Shown here: piece after piece, positions 22,046 through 31,637 of the stretch | How positions within the stretch are numbered: the first letter of the stretch is position 1 | Layout: each line of letters starts with the position of its first letter | Assembly (NCBI GenBank): GCA_963740315.1 | Contig: CAVUDP010000002.1 | Span: 1,600,001-1,664,000, forward strand | Reading direction: 5' to 3' | Length of the DNA: 64,000 bases | Origin: an uncultured cyanobacterium | GTDB lineage: Bacteria > Cyanobacteriota > Cyanobacteriia > Cyanobacteriales > Nostocaceae | Made by a program: the position numbers and the translations under genes | Notes under the pieces: generated by a model | Databases searched by the model: none | What the model was told of the DNA's origin: nothing | Seen by the model: the letters and a program-made list of their open reading frames with translations, nothing else

Positions 22046-23401
22046 TTACAAACTTTTAACTTTACTAATTAGCTGAAGTACTTTTTGCGCTTCGGCTTTT
22101 CTACCTTGCTTTTGATACAGTTGAGCAGCTTTTTGAAAATCTTTAATTGCTCCTTGCTTGTCTCCTAATAATCCACGAGCAATACCTCGGTTGTTGTAAC
22201 CTTCGGCATAGTTGGGATTGATTTCGATGGCTTTGGTGTAATCAACGATCGCTAGTTGATAATCTTTTAGCTTAAGACGAGCAACACCCCGGTTGTAATA
22301 TGCTACGGCATAGTTGGGATTAATTGTTGTAGCTTTGGTGTAATCTGCTATTGCTAGTTGATAATCTTTTAAATCAAGACGAGCATTACCCCGGTTGTAG
22401 TAAACATCAGCATAGTTAGGGTTAATTTCGATGGATTTGGTGTAATCTGCTATTGCTAGTTGATAATCTTTTAATTTAAGACGAGCAAGACCCCGGTTGT
22501 AGTAGGCATTGGCATAGTTGGGAGTAATTTCGATGGCTTTGGTGTTATCTGCGTTAAGCGAAGCTCTACCGGAGGTAATCGCTCCTTGATAATCTTTTAA
22601 TTTAAGACGAGCAACACCCCGGTTGTAGTAAACATCGGCATATTTGGGATTAATTTCGATGGATTTGGTGTAATCAGCGTTAAGCGAAGCTCTACCGGAG
22701 GTAATCGCTCCTCGATAATTTTTTAACCTATAATGAGCAAGACCCCGGTTGAAGTAAACATCAGCAAGGTAGACACCCGAATAATTAGGAATAGCTTTGG
22801 TGTAATCTGCGTTAAGCGAAGCTCTACCGGAGGTAATCGCTGCTGAATAATCTTTTAACCTATAATGAGCGCGACCTCGGTTAAAGTAAGCATCAGCAAG
22901 GTAGACACCCGAATAATTGGGAATAGCTTTGGTGTAATCAGCGTTAAGCGAAGCTCTACCGGAGGTAATCGCTGCTCGATAATCTTTCAAGAGACTACTA
23001 ACAAGACCCCGATTATAGTAAGCTTGCGGAAAGTTAGGATTAATTTCTACGACTTTAGTATAGTCAGCCATTGCTCCCGGATAATCTTTTAATTTATAAC
23101 GAGCGCGACCTCGGTTGAAGTAGGCATCATCAGAGTTAGGATTAATTTCTATAGCTTTGGTGAAATCAGCGTTAAGCGAAGCTCTACCGGAGGTAATCGC
23201 TCCTTGATAATCTTCTCGCTTAAAACGCTGATTACCGCTATTCAAGTGTTTTTCAGCATCTTTTAAATTCGCTTGAGCTAACTCTAATCCAGATTCTGGT
23301 CTTAATTGAGTAGTTGCAGGTAAATCTGTCGCATTAGCTTTGGGGCTATAAGCAATTATTCCTAATACCAACGTTGCAACCGTTAACTTAAATGCTTTCA
23401 T
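22046..23401 (-). CDS. Secreted TPR-repeat protein (paralogue 2) carrying five in-frame TSGRASLN insertions
   Basis: Signal peptide and TPR repeats; five of them are interrupted by an identical 8-aa insert. Confidence 0.93.
   Translation of the reverse strand: MKAFKLTVATLVLGIIAYSPKANATDLPATTQLRPESGLELAQANLKDAEKHLNSGNQRFKREDYQGAITSGRASLNADFTKAIEINPNSDDAYFNRGRARYKLKDYPGAMADYTKVVEINPNFPQAYYNRGLVSSLLKDYRAAITSGRASLNADYTKAIPNYSGVYLADAYFNRGRAHYRLKDYSAAITSGRASLNADYTKAIPNYSGVYLADVYFNRGLAHYRLKNYRGAITSGRASLNADYTKSIEINPKYADVYYNRGVARLKLKDYQGAITSGRASLNADNTKAIEITPNYANAYYNRGLARLKLKDYQLAIADYTKSIEINPNYADVYYNRGNARLDLKDYQLAIADYTKATTINPNYAVAYYNRGVARLKLKDYQLAIVDYTKAIEINPNYAEGYNNRGIARGLLGDKQGAIKDFQKAAQLYQKQGRKAEAQKVLQLISKVKSL
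22554..23195 (+). mobile_element. Five copies of a 24-nt small dispersed repeat TTAAGCGAAGCTCTACCGGAGGTA inserted in HIP1 (GCG^ATCGC)
   Basis: Copies at 22554-22577, 22680-22703, 22812-22835, 22944-22967 and 23172-23195, each flanked by GCG and ATCGC. Confidence 0.93.
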
Positions 23402-23955
23402 TTTTGTTTCCAATAAGTACAAATTATTCTCGGAATTATGGACTCGTTACCAATTGACAAGATATGTGCGATATCAAAATTTTGCTTAATCTTGGGGTTA
23501 AAGATTTATCATTTTTCAAACGGGAGTTATTCATAGCCTTTTACAAAAAGTTATAAATTGATTTCCCTGTGCTATAAATATTACTCATAAAATCTTATTT
23601 TTTATGAATACGGTAGTGTCTTAAGAAGAACAATCAAATTTTATCTTTAGATTTAAAACGAATATATTCAAATACTGATACTGTTGTATCATGTTTGTGT
23701 CAAGCTAATTATAAGAACTTAATTGTCTTCTCTCCAGAGAATTTTTTAACTAACTGTAAATAATTTGCACTGCCAATATTATCACCAATATTGGATCGAA
23801 AAGATGATACTGATATGTCTTGACAATTACATCTTTACATAATATTTACCCTAGTTATATTTTTCTTGGAATATTCAAACAGGCTAAACAAAAAACCCCT
23901 CCTCTGAGAGAAAAGGTTTTAACTAAAGGTTTGTTATTTTACAATTGCAGAAAAT

Positions 23956-24444
23956 TTACTTACTACTAACTATCTTCGTAAACTCAACTAACTTTTGCGA
24001 TTTTGCTTCTTCTCCTTGGTTTCGGTACATAGAAATAGCTTTTTGCAAATCTGTCATACCTGCTGCTTCGTCTCCTGAAAATCCACGAGCAACATCCCGA
24101 TTGTAGTAGGCATCGGCATAGTTAGGATTAATTTGTATGACTTTGGTAAAATCGGCGATCGCTCTTTGATAATTTTGTAACTGATGACGAGCAATAGCCC
24201 GGTTGTAATAGGCTGCGACTAGTTTGGGATTAATTTGTATGGCTTTAGTAAAGTCGGCGATCGCTCCTCGATAATTCCCTTGCTCTAAGCGTTTGATGCC
24301 GCTATTAAAATATTTTGCAGTATCTTGGCGATTTGCTTGAGCTAGCCGTAATTTAGATTCTTGTCTTAATTCAGTTGCATTAGTCTTGGAACTAAAAACA
24401 ACTATTCCCAATATCAAAATTGCCGTTATTTTTAATAATTGCAC
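23956..24444 (-). CDS. Secreted TPR-repeat protein (paralogue 3, short)
   Basis: N-terminus and upstream DNA similar to paralogue 1; about 3 TPRs. Confidence 0.9.
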   Translation of the reverse strand: MQLLKITAILILGIVVFSSKTNATELRQESKLRLAQANRQDTAKYFNSGIKRLEQGNYRGAIADFTKAIQINPKLVAAYYNRAIARHQLQNYQRAIADFTKVIQINPNYADAYYNRDVARGFSGDEAAGMTDLQKAISMYRNQGEEAKSQKLVEFTKIVSSK

Positions 24445-24944
24445 CTTAAAATCCTAATTAATACAAATGTTTATTAAAAGTTTGTTTTGAAACAATTTTA
24501 ACTGAGTTTTATTAAGATTCTTATACGGGCTACTACTTAAAAAGTATATGAATTTCTGTCCCATGCTATTTTAATGATTCAGCTATCTTACGTATATAAA
24601 AATTTTAGAATTAAAAAAGTAAATTTAGGGACTTTGACTCTTCTTTATTTTTTATTTACGAATGACTTTTGCCTTGTTTACTGATATAAAAGGCAATATC
24701 TGACCTCGCAATACTATAGTAAATACTTACGAACAATATTATTTAGTTAGGTTTTTAAAAATGAAAAAATACACAAATGTAGTCACAGACACATTGTATG
24801 GTAGGCATTTTTATAATTAGCGAATTAAAATTGCGATCTGATCCTGTGGACTATTTTTGAGATAAATTAATAAATTATCTATGTCTGATGTTTGTATTGA
24901 TAAATCCGGAAAACACTGGAAAGCAATAAAATTTAAAGGTCGTA

Positions 24945-26363
24945 ATGATTTTATCCTCTTCGACTACGGGTAGCGATTGTATCTGTGCTTACTGCTTTCG
25001 TCCCGTTCACTTTAAAAGTGCTTCAATAGATAGAAATACTGGTGTTTATTCTAGGATACAGCACTTCGCTCACGCTGTTGTCGGGGATAAAAATTTTTGC
25101 CCCTATGAGTGTGCGGAAAGTTTGGAACACGTATCGTTTAAACGTCAGCGACTTGCAAGCCTTATTAGTGCTAATCTGGAATACACTAAAATAAATGGCT
25201 TTGCACCGCAAGTGGAGCAATCTGTCAAAATTGTTGGTAAAAGCAAGAAAAGAGGTAGACGCGCCGATATTCTAACCAGAGTCAACGATAAACCTATTTT
25301 TGCAGTCGAAATAGAAACCTCCCGTAAGGAAATTGCAAATATTGAGTCAAGGATATTGGATTATCACGCTAGTGCGATCGCAAATGATTGGACTGCGACG
25401 GATGAAGTTACTGACAGCGACATGAAGCCCATTTTAAGCTACGGTACTCACTATTTGAAGTTGCAGACTACATATGCAAAAGTAACTAAGATTGACGAGC
25501 GCACTGGTTTTCGTTATTTTGATGAAGATAAAAGTCAGATAGAACGTCAGCACGCTATTGTTTACACTCCTTATGTACGCAATCAAATCGGTAAACAAAC
25601 TGCTCAAGACTTAACTTTGGAAGTAGAAGCGGAAAACATCGAACGATTAATTAAAGCCCAAGAGAATCTAACAAATAATCAAGAAGAATGGGTTAAGCGT
25701 CGTAACGAATTTAGCAATAAAAAAGTATCTCCTGAAGAACAACAGCAACAGCTAAAGTTCCCTCCCGGATGTGAGTTTCCTTTAAAGGAATTTATCGAAG
25801 CTTATCCAGATATTATGCATTATCCGCGTCAAAAGGTGCGGGTATATGAAACTGATGGTTTTATGACAAGCATAAACTTCGATAGCAGAAGTGTGATATG
25901 GATGGAGTATGGTAGCGATCGCGTTAAAGAAGCTGCTATTGATGAAGTAGTTGTAATCGATCCTTACTTTCATGCAGTAGAAGAGTTTAAAAGTTTAGCT
26001 ACCGAAGACCAACAAAAACAGTACCGCGACAACTTTTTACAACAAAAAGAACACATTGAACAAGTTGCACAACAGCAATATCAACAACAGAACGAACAAA
26101 TACAAGCATCAGCAACAATTGATGGGGTCATTCAAACAATTAAACCCGGAAGGCTCATAGAAATACGAAAACAGCTAGGCTCATCGTTTGATGAGCGATG
26201 CAAAGAGTTAATTGGAAGAGCTGCTGCAATTAAAGGAATGTCAAATATGGTTCTGTATTCTGGAACTATTCAACAAATAGATATTAAATCTGACATGGCA
26301 TATCTTCAAACCACAAATCATGGCATAAAAAAGGACTATATTCAAAATCTACATATCAATTAA
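24945..26363 (+). CDS. CoiA-like protein: Zn-finger plus PD-(D/E)XK-like nuclease with C-terminal extension
   Basis: CICAYC...HFAH...C, then ESLEH and RRADIL...FAVEIETS. Confidence 0.7.
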   Translation: MILSSSTTGSDCICAYCFRPVHFKSASIDRNTGVYSRIQHFAHAVVGDKNFCPYECAESLEHVSFKRQRLASLISANLEYTKINGFAPQVEQSVKIVGKSKKRGRRADILTRVNDKPIFAVEIETSRKEIANIESRILDYHASAIANDWTATDEVTDSDMKPILSYGTHYLKLQTTYAKVTKIDERTGFRYFDEDKSQIERQHAIVYTPYVRNQIGKQTAQDLTLEVEAENIERLIKAQENLTNNQEEWVKRRNEFSNKKVSPEEQQQQLKFPPGCEFPLKEFIEAYPDIMHYPRQKVRVYETDGFMTSINFDSRSVIWMEYGSDRVKEAAIDEVVVIDPYFHAVEEFKSLATEDQQKQYRDNFLQQKEHIEQVAQQQYQQQNEQIQASATIDGVIQTIKPGRLIEIRKQLGSSFDERCKELIGRAAAIKGMSNMVLYSGTIQQIDIKSDMAYLQTTNHGIKKDYIQNLHIN

Positions 26364-26585
26364 ATCTTTATAATTTGCGTCTCTACAAGGGTTTATTTTT
26401 CTCAAACACCCTATATATAGGCGCACATATTCCCATTATAAAAATACATTACCATAGGCGAAAAAGATCGTCAAGACCTTTGATATAAATTTTTTCCCAG
26501 ACAGGCATCGTTATAAATTATTAATATCCGTACCAACTGCAAACGATTGTGGAAGTCGGTGGGATAACAGTTAAAGGGTTAAAAG

Positions 26586-28070
26586 ATGTTTAATTCGTCA
26601 GAAACAGCAATTATAGCTGCGATTGTATTGTCTACTTTGGGAATTCTGGGATGGGGCTTCGTTCGCGCTAAACCTTTTGGCAAGTTGGGTATCCTAGCTT
26701 GGCTTCAGTCGGTGGTGTTGATAACCCCCTGGCTGTTATTTTTCGGTTTGCTTGCTATGGGGATCTATATCAATATTGCAGGTATACTCTTTCTTGTGAT
26801 TGCTTCTGCTGGTTTGTATATTGCCTTGGGCAGACAGTTGCGGACGATGGGACAAGAGGAAATGATTAAGAAAAAAGCGTCCCAAAGGATTGCCGAGGAA
26901 GCATTGCAAGAAGATTCCAACCAACCAGCGGCAGAAAATCAGCCACAACAACCGGAAATAACACCGATTCCGGAAGAAGATTTGAGTAATATCAGAAGTA
27001 TTTTCGGTATCGATACATATTTTGCTACTGAAACTATTGCTTATCAAGAAGGAGCTATTTTTAAAGGTAATTTGAGAGGTGAACCGGAAGAAGTTTTCGA
27101 CCGTTTGAGTGCGAGTTTACGCGAACGTGTTGGTGACAAATATCGCCTATTTTTACTACAAAACCCGGAAGGTAGACCTACTATAATCGTCTTACCGAGT
27201 CGCAATGACCCGCGTTCGATGACTCCGGCACAAAAAGCCTTTGCAGGTATCCTTTTATTAGCAACTATCGCCACAAGTTTAGAAGCGGGAGGAGTTTTAT
27301 TAAATTTCGATTTGTTTTCTAATCCAGGAAGGTTTCAAGAATCTTTACCGATCGCAGTAGGGTTTTTCACGGTTTTAGTAGCTCACGAAGTCGGACACCG
27401 GGTACTTGCTCGCCGTCACGATGTCAAATTAAGTTTACCTTACCTGCTTCCTTCGGTGGAAATTGGATCTTTCGGTGCAATTACCCGCTTTGAATCGTTG
27501 CTACCCAATCGTAAAGTTTTGTTTGATATTGCTTTAGCAGGTCCGGCATTCGGCGGAATTGTTTCATTCTTAATGTTAATTGTGGGATTGTTGCTTTCCC
27601 ACCAAGGAAGTTTGTTTCAATTACCAAACGAGTTTTTTCAAGGTTCGATTTTAGTCGGAAGCTTAGCGCGGGTTGTACTTGGTGAAGCTTTACAATCGCC
27701 AATAGTAGACGTGAATCCTTTGGTGGTAATTGGCTGGTTGGGTTTGGTGGTTACGGCTTTGAATTTAATGCCAGCCGGACAACTAGATGGCGGTAGAATT
27801 GTACAAGCTATTTACGGACGTAAAATCGCCGGACGCACTACATTAGCAACCTTGATTATTTTAGGAATAGTTGGTTTAGGTAATTCTTTGGCTTTATATT
27901 GGGCGATCGTGATTTTGTTTTTACAAAGAGACTTAGAACGTCCGAGTTTAAACGAAATTACCGAACCCGATGATGCACGCGCTGCATTAGGATTATTAGC
28001 ATTATTCTTGATGGTTGCAACTTTGATACCCCTTAGTCCCGGTTTAGCGGGTAGGTTGGGGATTGGCTGA
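26586..28070 (+). CDS. Site-2 protease (peptidase M50, EGY-like)
   Basis: [24 protein letters not shown] and multiple transmembrane helices. Confidence 0.95.
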   Translation: MFNSSETAIIAAIVLSTLGILGWGFVRAKPFGKLGILAWLQSVVLITPWLLFFGLLAMGIYINIAGILFLVIASAGLYIALGRQLRTMGQEEMIKKKASQRIAEEALQEDSNQPAAENQPQQPEITPIPEEDLSNIRSIFGIDTYFATETIAYQEGAIFKGNLRGEPEEVFDRLSASLRERVGDKYRLFLLQNPEGRPTIIVLPSRNDPRSMTPAQKAFAGILLLATIATSLEAGGVLLNFDLFSNPGRFQESLPIAVGFFTVLVAHEVGHRVLARRHDVKLSLPYLLPSVEIGSFGAITRFESLLPNRKVLFDIALAGPAFGGIVSFLMLIVGLLLSHQGSLFQLPNEFFQGSILVGSLARVVLGEALQSPIVDVNPLVVIGWLGLVVTALNLMPAGQLDGGRIVQAIYGRKIAGRTTLATLIILGIVGLGNSLALYWAIVILFLQRDLERPSLNEITEPDDARAALGLLALFLMVATLIPLSPGLAGRLGIG

Positions 28071-28076
28071 AGGTGA

Positions 28077-28262
28077 AGGGGGGATGGGGAGATGGGGAGA
28101 GGGGGGGATGGGGGGATGGGGAGAGGGGGGGATGGGGAGATGGGGGGATGGGGAGATGGGGGGATGGGGAGAGGGGGGGATGGGGAGATGGGGGGATGGG
28201 GAGATGGGGGGATGGGGAGAGGGGGGGATGGGGAGATGGGGGGATGGGGAGATGGGGGGAGA
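28077..28262 (+). repeat. G-rich STRR tract (GGGGRGAT/GGGGAGAG)n
   Basis: About 185 bp of tandem 8-9-mers. Confidence 0.95.
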
Positions 28263-28268
28263 GATTTG

Positions 28269-28652
28269 TTATTTGAGTATCCAGATTGATGAGTTGTTTA
28301 TCATTTTGACTAATCCACCTAAAATCTGGTTATAGGTAGCGTACATCTCTCGTCCGCATTCGACATCTAAATAGTTGCATTTGACAGCAAATTTGATCCA
28401 GATTTGTGTTTCAGCCGCTTCTGCTTCTGAATCGTTCAATTTAGCGATAAAAGCTGCTTGGTAACGGCGTTTCCTCCATGCCTCAGCCAAATTAGCACAT
28501 ACAGAGCGAGACGAACGGCGAATTTGATCTGTTAACGAATACCTTTCTTCAATAGGAAATTTTTTGGAGCATTCATAAATTTTCATCGCAGCATCAAAAG
28601 CCAACTGTAAAACTTCCAAATCTTCATGACTCTTGATATTCCCTCTCCCCAT
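28269..28652 (-). CDS. Four-helix-bundle protein (23S rRNA intervening-sequence protein family)
   Basis: [35 protein letters not shown] and [10 protein letters not shown]. Confidence 0.93.
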   Translation of the reverse strand: MGRGNIKSHEDLEVLQLAFDAAMKIYECSKKFPIEERYSLTDQIRRSSRSVCANLAEAWRKRRYQAAFIAKLNDSEAEAAETQIWIKFAVKCNYLDVECGREMYATYNQILGGLVKMINNSSIWILK

Positions 28653-28737
28653 CTCTTAATCCCCCAATCAAGTTTTCTCTTTCCACTTCTATACTTCCCC
28701 AAAAACCTCCTTAACTAACAATATTTTTACTCTTACT

Positions 28738-28917
28738 CCCCATCCCCCAATCTCCCCATCCCCCAATCTCCCCCGCTCGCCGCACGCTCCGCGTGAACGG
28801 GTTGCGCCACTTGCTACAAGTCGGGGAACCCGCGAGGGCGCAGTGGCTTACCATCTCCCCCTCTCCCCCTCTCCCCCTCTCCCCCTCTCCCCATCTCCCC
28901 CTCTCCCCATCCCCCCC
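28738..28917 (-). repeat. C-rich STRR tract with the embedded 72-bp element (28779-28850)
   Basis: (CTCCCCMT)n; the insert is identical to the reverse complement of 646-717. Confidence 0.93.
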
Positions 28918-28923
28918 TAATTC

Positions 28924-30291
28924 CTAACTCTTCCAGTCTGCTAACAAATTCGGAAACTTCGCTGGTGTAGAAAATAATCCTCGCAAACTAGAGAGACGAT
29001 TTTGCGATGGTTCTTTACTTATGTTCCACAGGGTTTCGTAGAAGAAGAATGATACTCCTGCAAAGTTGCGATCGCGAACTTGTTTCACCTGTGCTTTAAT
29101 TTGTTGTGCTGGTACGTGTTTGTTTTTTAAGCCGGAAATAATGCCGATGCTTGTGGGAATATGCTTTTTGGCGGCGATTACTTCGGGATACTGCAATTCT
29201 TTGACAAATACGTTCATGTCATCGCGGTAAATTTGAATTATCAAATCTTCTATCAATCCCATACGTTCCCATTTTGCCCAATCTGCTAAAAAGTATTCGT
29301 AGGAAAAGCGTTGGGGATTTGGTGCGACGGAAACTATACAGTTTTTATCCACCGCTTTGATGGCAAAGAATACCTCTTTCATAAAATTGGTAATCTTATC
29401 AGCACGCCATTTTAACCATTCTGGGTTTTTATTATCTCTGGGAGGTGCTTTACCGTTATGCTCTTTTTTGTATAGCGCTACCGTATATTTATCGTATCCA
29501 TACTCCGATGGTAAGCCCAAATGGTCGTCGAATTGAATGCCATCAATGTCATAATTTCGGACGATTTCCACGATTAAATCTTTAATAAATCCCTGCACGT
29601 CGGGATGAAACGGATTTAACCAAACGCGATCGTGGACACCTTCTTTTTTAATCTTGTTACCGTTAACTTTATTGGTAAGCCATTCAGGATGACGTTTTGC
29701 TAATAGTGAATCAGCAGGTGCCATAAAGCCAAATTCAAACCAGGGAATTACCTTCAAACCCCTGGCGTGTCCTTCCACAACGGCTTCTTTGAGCATATCG
29801 CGCCCTTGAAGTCCGGGTTCTGGATCTATGCTACGTCCGATAACGCTTTGTGCAACTTTACTGGGATACAAAGTGTAACCCCAATTCCATACCGCAGGAT
29901 AAACAACGTTGAAATTTAACTCCTTGAGCCGCGTCAAAGCGTTAGTGAGATTTTCACGTTTAAATAAAACATCGCTATCAATATTAGTTAACCAAACTCC
30001 TCGTAACTCAGTAGGTAGCTGACGGTTTGTAACAGTTTGCTGCCTATCCGGTTTAATAGTCGGTAGCTGACGAGATGGAATTGGCAACGTTCGTTTTATA
30101 GTTGGTTGCTGCTGGGTTGTAACAGTCGGCTGCTGGCGAGTTTTAATAATCACTTGAGCCGGTGCGGGGACAGAAAACATGACCCCAGCCATCAGCGAAA
30201 GAGTAAAAACAGCTGCAAGAAACGCCGGTTTTTGACCGCGCTTCTGACTAAACAAAAACAGATCCACACACCACTTAACAAATTTTTTCAT
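28924..30291 (-). CDS. Glycoside hydrolase-like 10 (DUF187/YddW family) protein
   Basis: ELRGVWLTN, GYTLYPS, PWFEFG, WLNPFHPDVQ and YDIDGIQFDDH. Confidence 0.9.
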   Translation of the reverse strand: MKKFVKWCVDLFLFSQKRGQKPAFLAAVFTLSLMAGVMFSVPAPAQVIIKTRQQPTVTTQQQPTIKRTLPIPSRQLPTIKPDRQQTVTNRQLPTELRGVWLTNIDSDVLFKRENLTNALTRLKELNFNVVYPAVWNWGYTLYPSKVAQSVIGRSIDPEPGLQGRDMLKEAVVEGHARGLKVIPWFEFGFMAPADSLLAKRHPEWLTNKVNGNKIKKEGVHDRVWLNPFHPDVQGFIKDLIVEIVRNYDIDGIQFDDHLGLPSEYGYDKYTVALYKKEHNGKAPPRDNKNPEWLKWRADKITNFMKEVFFAIKAVDKNCIVSVAPNPQRFSYEYFLADWAKWERMGLIEDLIIQIYRDDMNVFVKELQYPEVIAAKKHIPTSIGIISGLKNKHVPAQQIKAQVKQVRDRNFAGVSFFFYETLWNISKEPSQNRLSSLRGLFSTPAKFPNLLADWKS

Positions 30292-30351
30292 AATTTACTG
30301 AGTACAAAACTAACTCTCTTGACTCGGATAACTGTTTTGATGTTGCATTAA

Positions 30352-30520
30352 TCAGTGAACAGTGAGCAGTTAACAGTGAGCAGTTAACAGTGAGCAGTTA
30401 ACAGTGAGCAGTTAGGAGTGAGGAGTTAAGAGTTAACAATTGTCTACCCCATCTCCCCATCTCCCCATCCCCCCCTCTCCCCATCTCCCCCTCTCCCCAT
30501 CTCCCCATCCTCCCATCTCG
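30352..30520. repeat. STRR tracts (CAGTGAG CAGTTAA)n and (CCCCATCT)n
   Basis: Tandem 7/14-mers and 8-mers. Confidence 0.9.
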
Positions 30521-30739
30521 TAATTCTATCGATATCTAATACTTAGTAATTAAAAATGCGGGGTGTCACACCACATCCTCAATAATTATCCTGTGACTAT
30601 ACTTAGGTAGTTGGAGCAAAAAAGTTATTCAATTTACTCCTACATATCATCCTTAAGCCAGAGTGCATTGGGTGATTGTACTGATAAATTGGATATCGTG
30701 TTTAAATAAGTTCATTAAAACTAAACGAGCAGATTACTG

Positions 30740-31243
30740 ATGATAGGCTTGATTGATTCTCAGAACGGTACGACAAATGATACAGCGGTAGTTCAAAGAT
30801 TGGCAAGGGCGATCGCGCTTTCCGATGGAGAGTTTTCGCTGCTATTAGTGTGCTGCAATGCGAACAAGCAAGAAGAAATTCTCAGCGTTTTGAAAGAGTT
30901 TTCAACGGTGGACATCAGAAAAGTAATTCTGTCATCAAAGGCAGAAACGCTTTACACAAATATTGTTTCCGTACTAGGTTCCGATAAACCCGATGCTTTG
31001 GTAGTCAGGGGTTTGGAATCTGTGGAAGCGATTAATCACCTGATTATTTCCACAAATTTGATGCGCGATGAGTTTGCGAAACAGTTTAAGTTTCCTTTGG
31101 TACTATTCGTGAATGAAGATATTTTACGTAAGTTGGTTAGGTTAGCACCCGATTTAAAAGACTGGGCTGCTAGTACTTTTAGATTTCAAAATTCCCAAAG
31201 AGAGTTAGTGAAGTCTCAGTGGGGAGTAAGTAATTTTAATTAG
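30740..31243 (+). CDS. Hypothetical protein resembling the N-terminal domain of large cyanobacterial NTPase/TPR/WD proteins
   Basis: LARAIALSDGEFSLLLVCCN...NLMRDEF..QFKFPLVLFV....L.RLAPDLKDWA. Confidence 0.65.
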   Translation: MIGLIDSQNGTTNDTAVVQRLARAIALSDGEFSLLLVCCNANKQEEILSVLKEFSTVDIRKVILSSKAETLYTNIVSVLGSDKPDALVVRGLESVEAINHLIISTNLMRDEFAKQFKFPLVLFVNEDILRKLVRLAPDLKDWAASTFRFQNSQRELVKSQWGVSNFN

Positions 31244-31360
31244 ATGGATTTTATTATAGTTGCGGAAAATACTTAATTTATTTATCTATCTAAATAAATA
31301 TTTTTAACTTTGAGATAATCGAAGCAATTTCAAAGTTTTATTGATTGTTCCTAGCATTAC

Positions 31361-31400
31361 GCCTTATCCTTCAACCTATAGAAAGGATAGGGTGCTTTTA
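31361..31400 (+). terminator. Putative intrinsic terminator
   Basis: GCCTTATCCTTC...GAAAGGATAGGGTGC imperfect stem followed by TTTT. Confidence 0.5.
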
Positions 31401-31637
31401 TCTTTGGGTTTTGGTGAAGTGTTACTCGTATCGTAATTAACTCTCGCCTCGGAATCAATTCCGAGGCTCATAAATAAAGTCTACTGAAGTAGACTGAAGA
31501 AATTGTATAGCTCAGAATTAGCTTTCATAGAGGTTGGGGGGATTGAGCCGCACCGCTCGCGGTGAACAATATTTGGAACACTATATTTTCCGTTGTGGCT
31601 GCATAATTGCTATAAAAATACTTAGTCAGTTAACTAA

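Noticed and set aside
22551..23200. Regularly spaced 32-bp repeats as a CRISPR array
   Set aside because: The intervening DNA is TPR-coding and mutually similar, spacing follows the TPR period, and the repeats are HIP1 plus insert within an open frame.
28063..28335. Gly/Trp-rich ORFs in three frames
   Set aside because: Translations of the G-rich STRR tract.
18884..28652. Complete DGR formed by the FGE-domain gene and the Avd-like four-helix gene
   Set aside because: No reverse transcriptase or template repeat was found, and the genes are about 8 kb apart with unrelated genes between.
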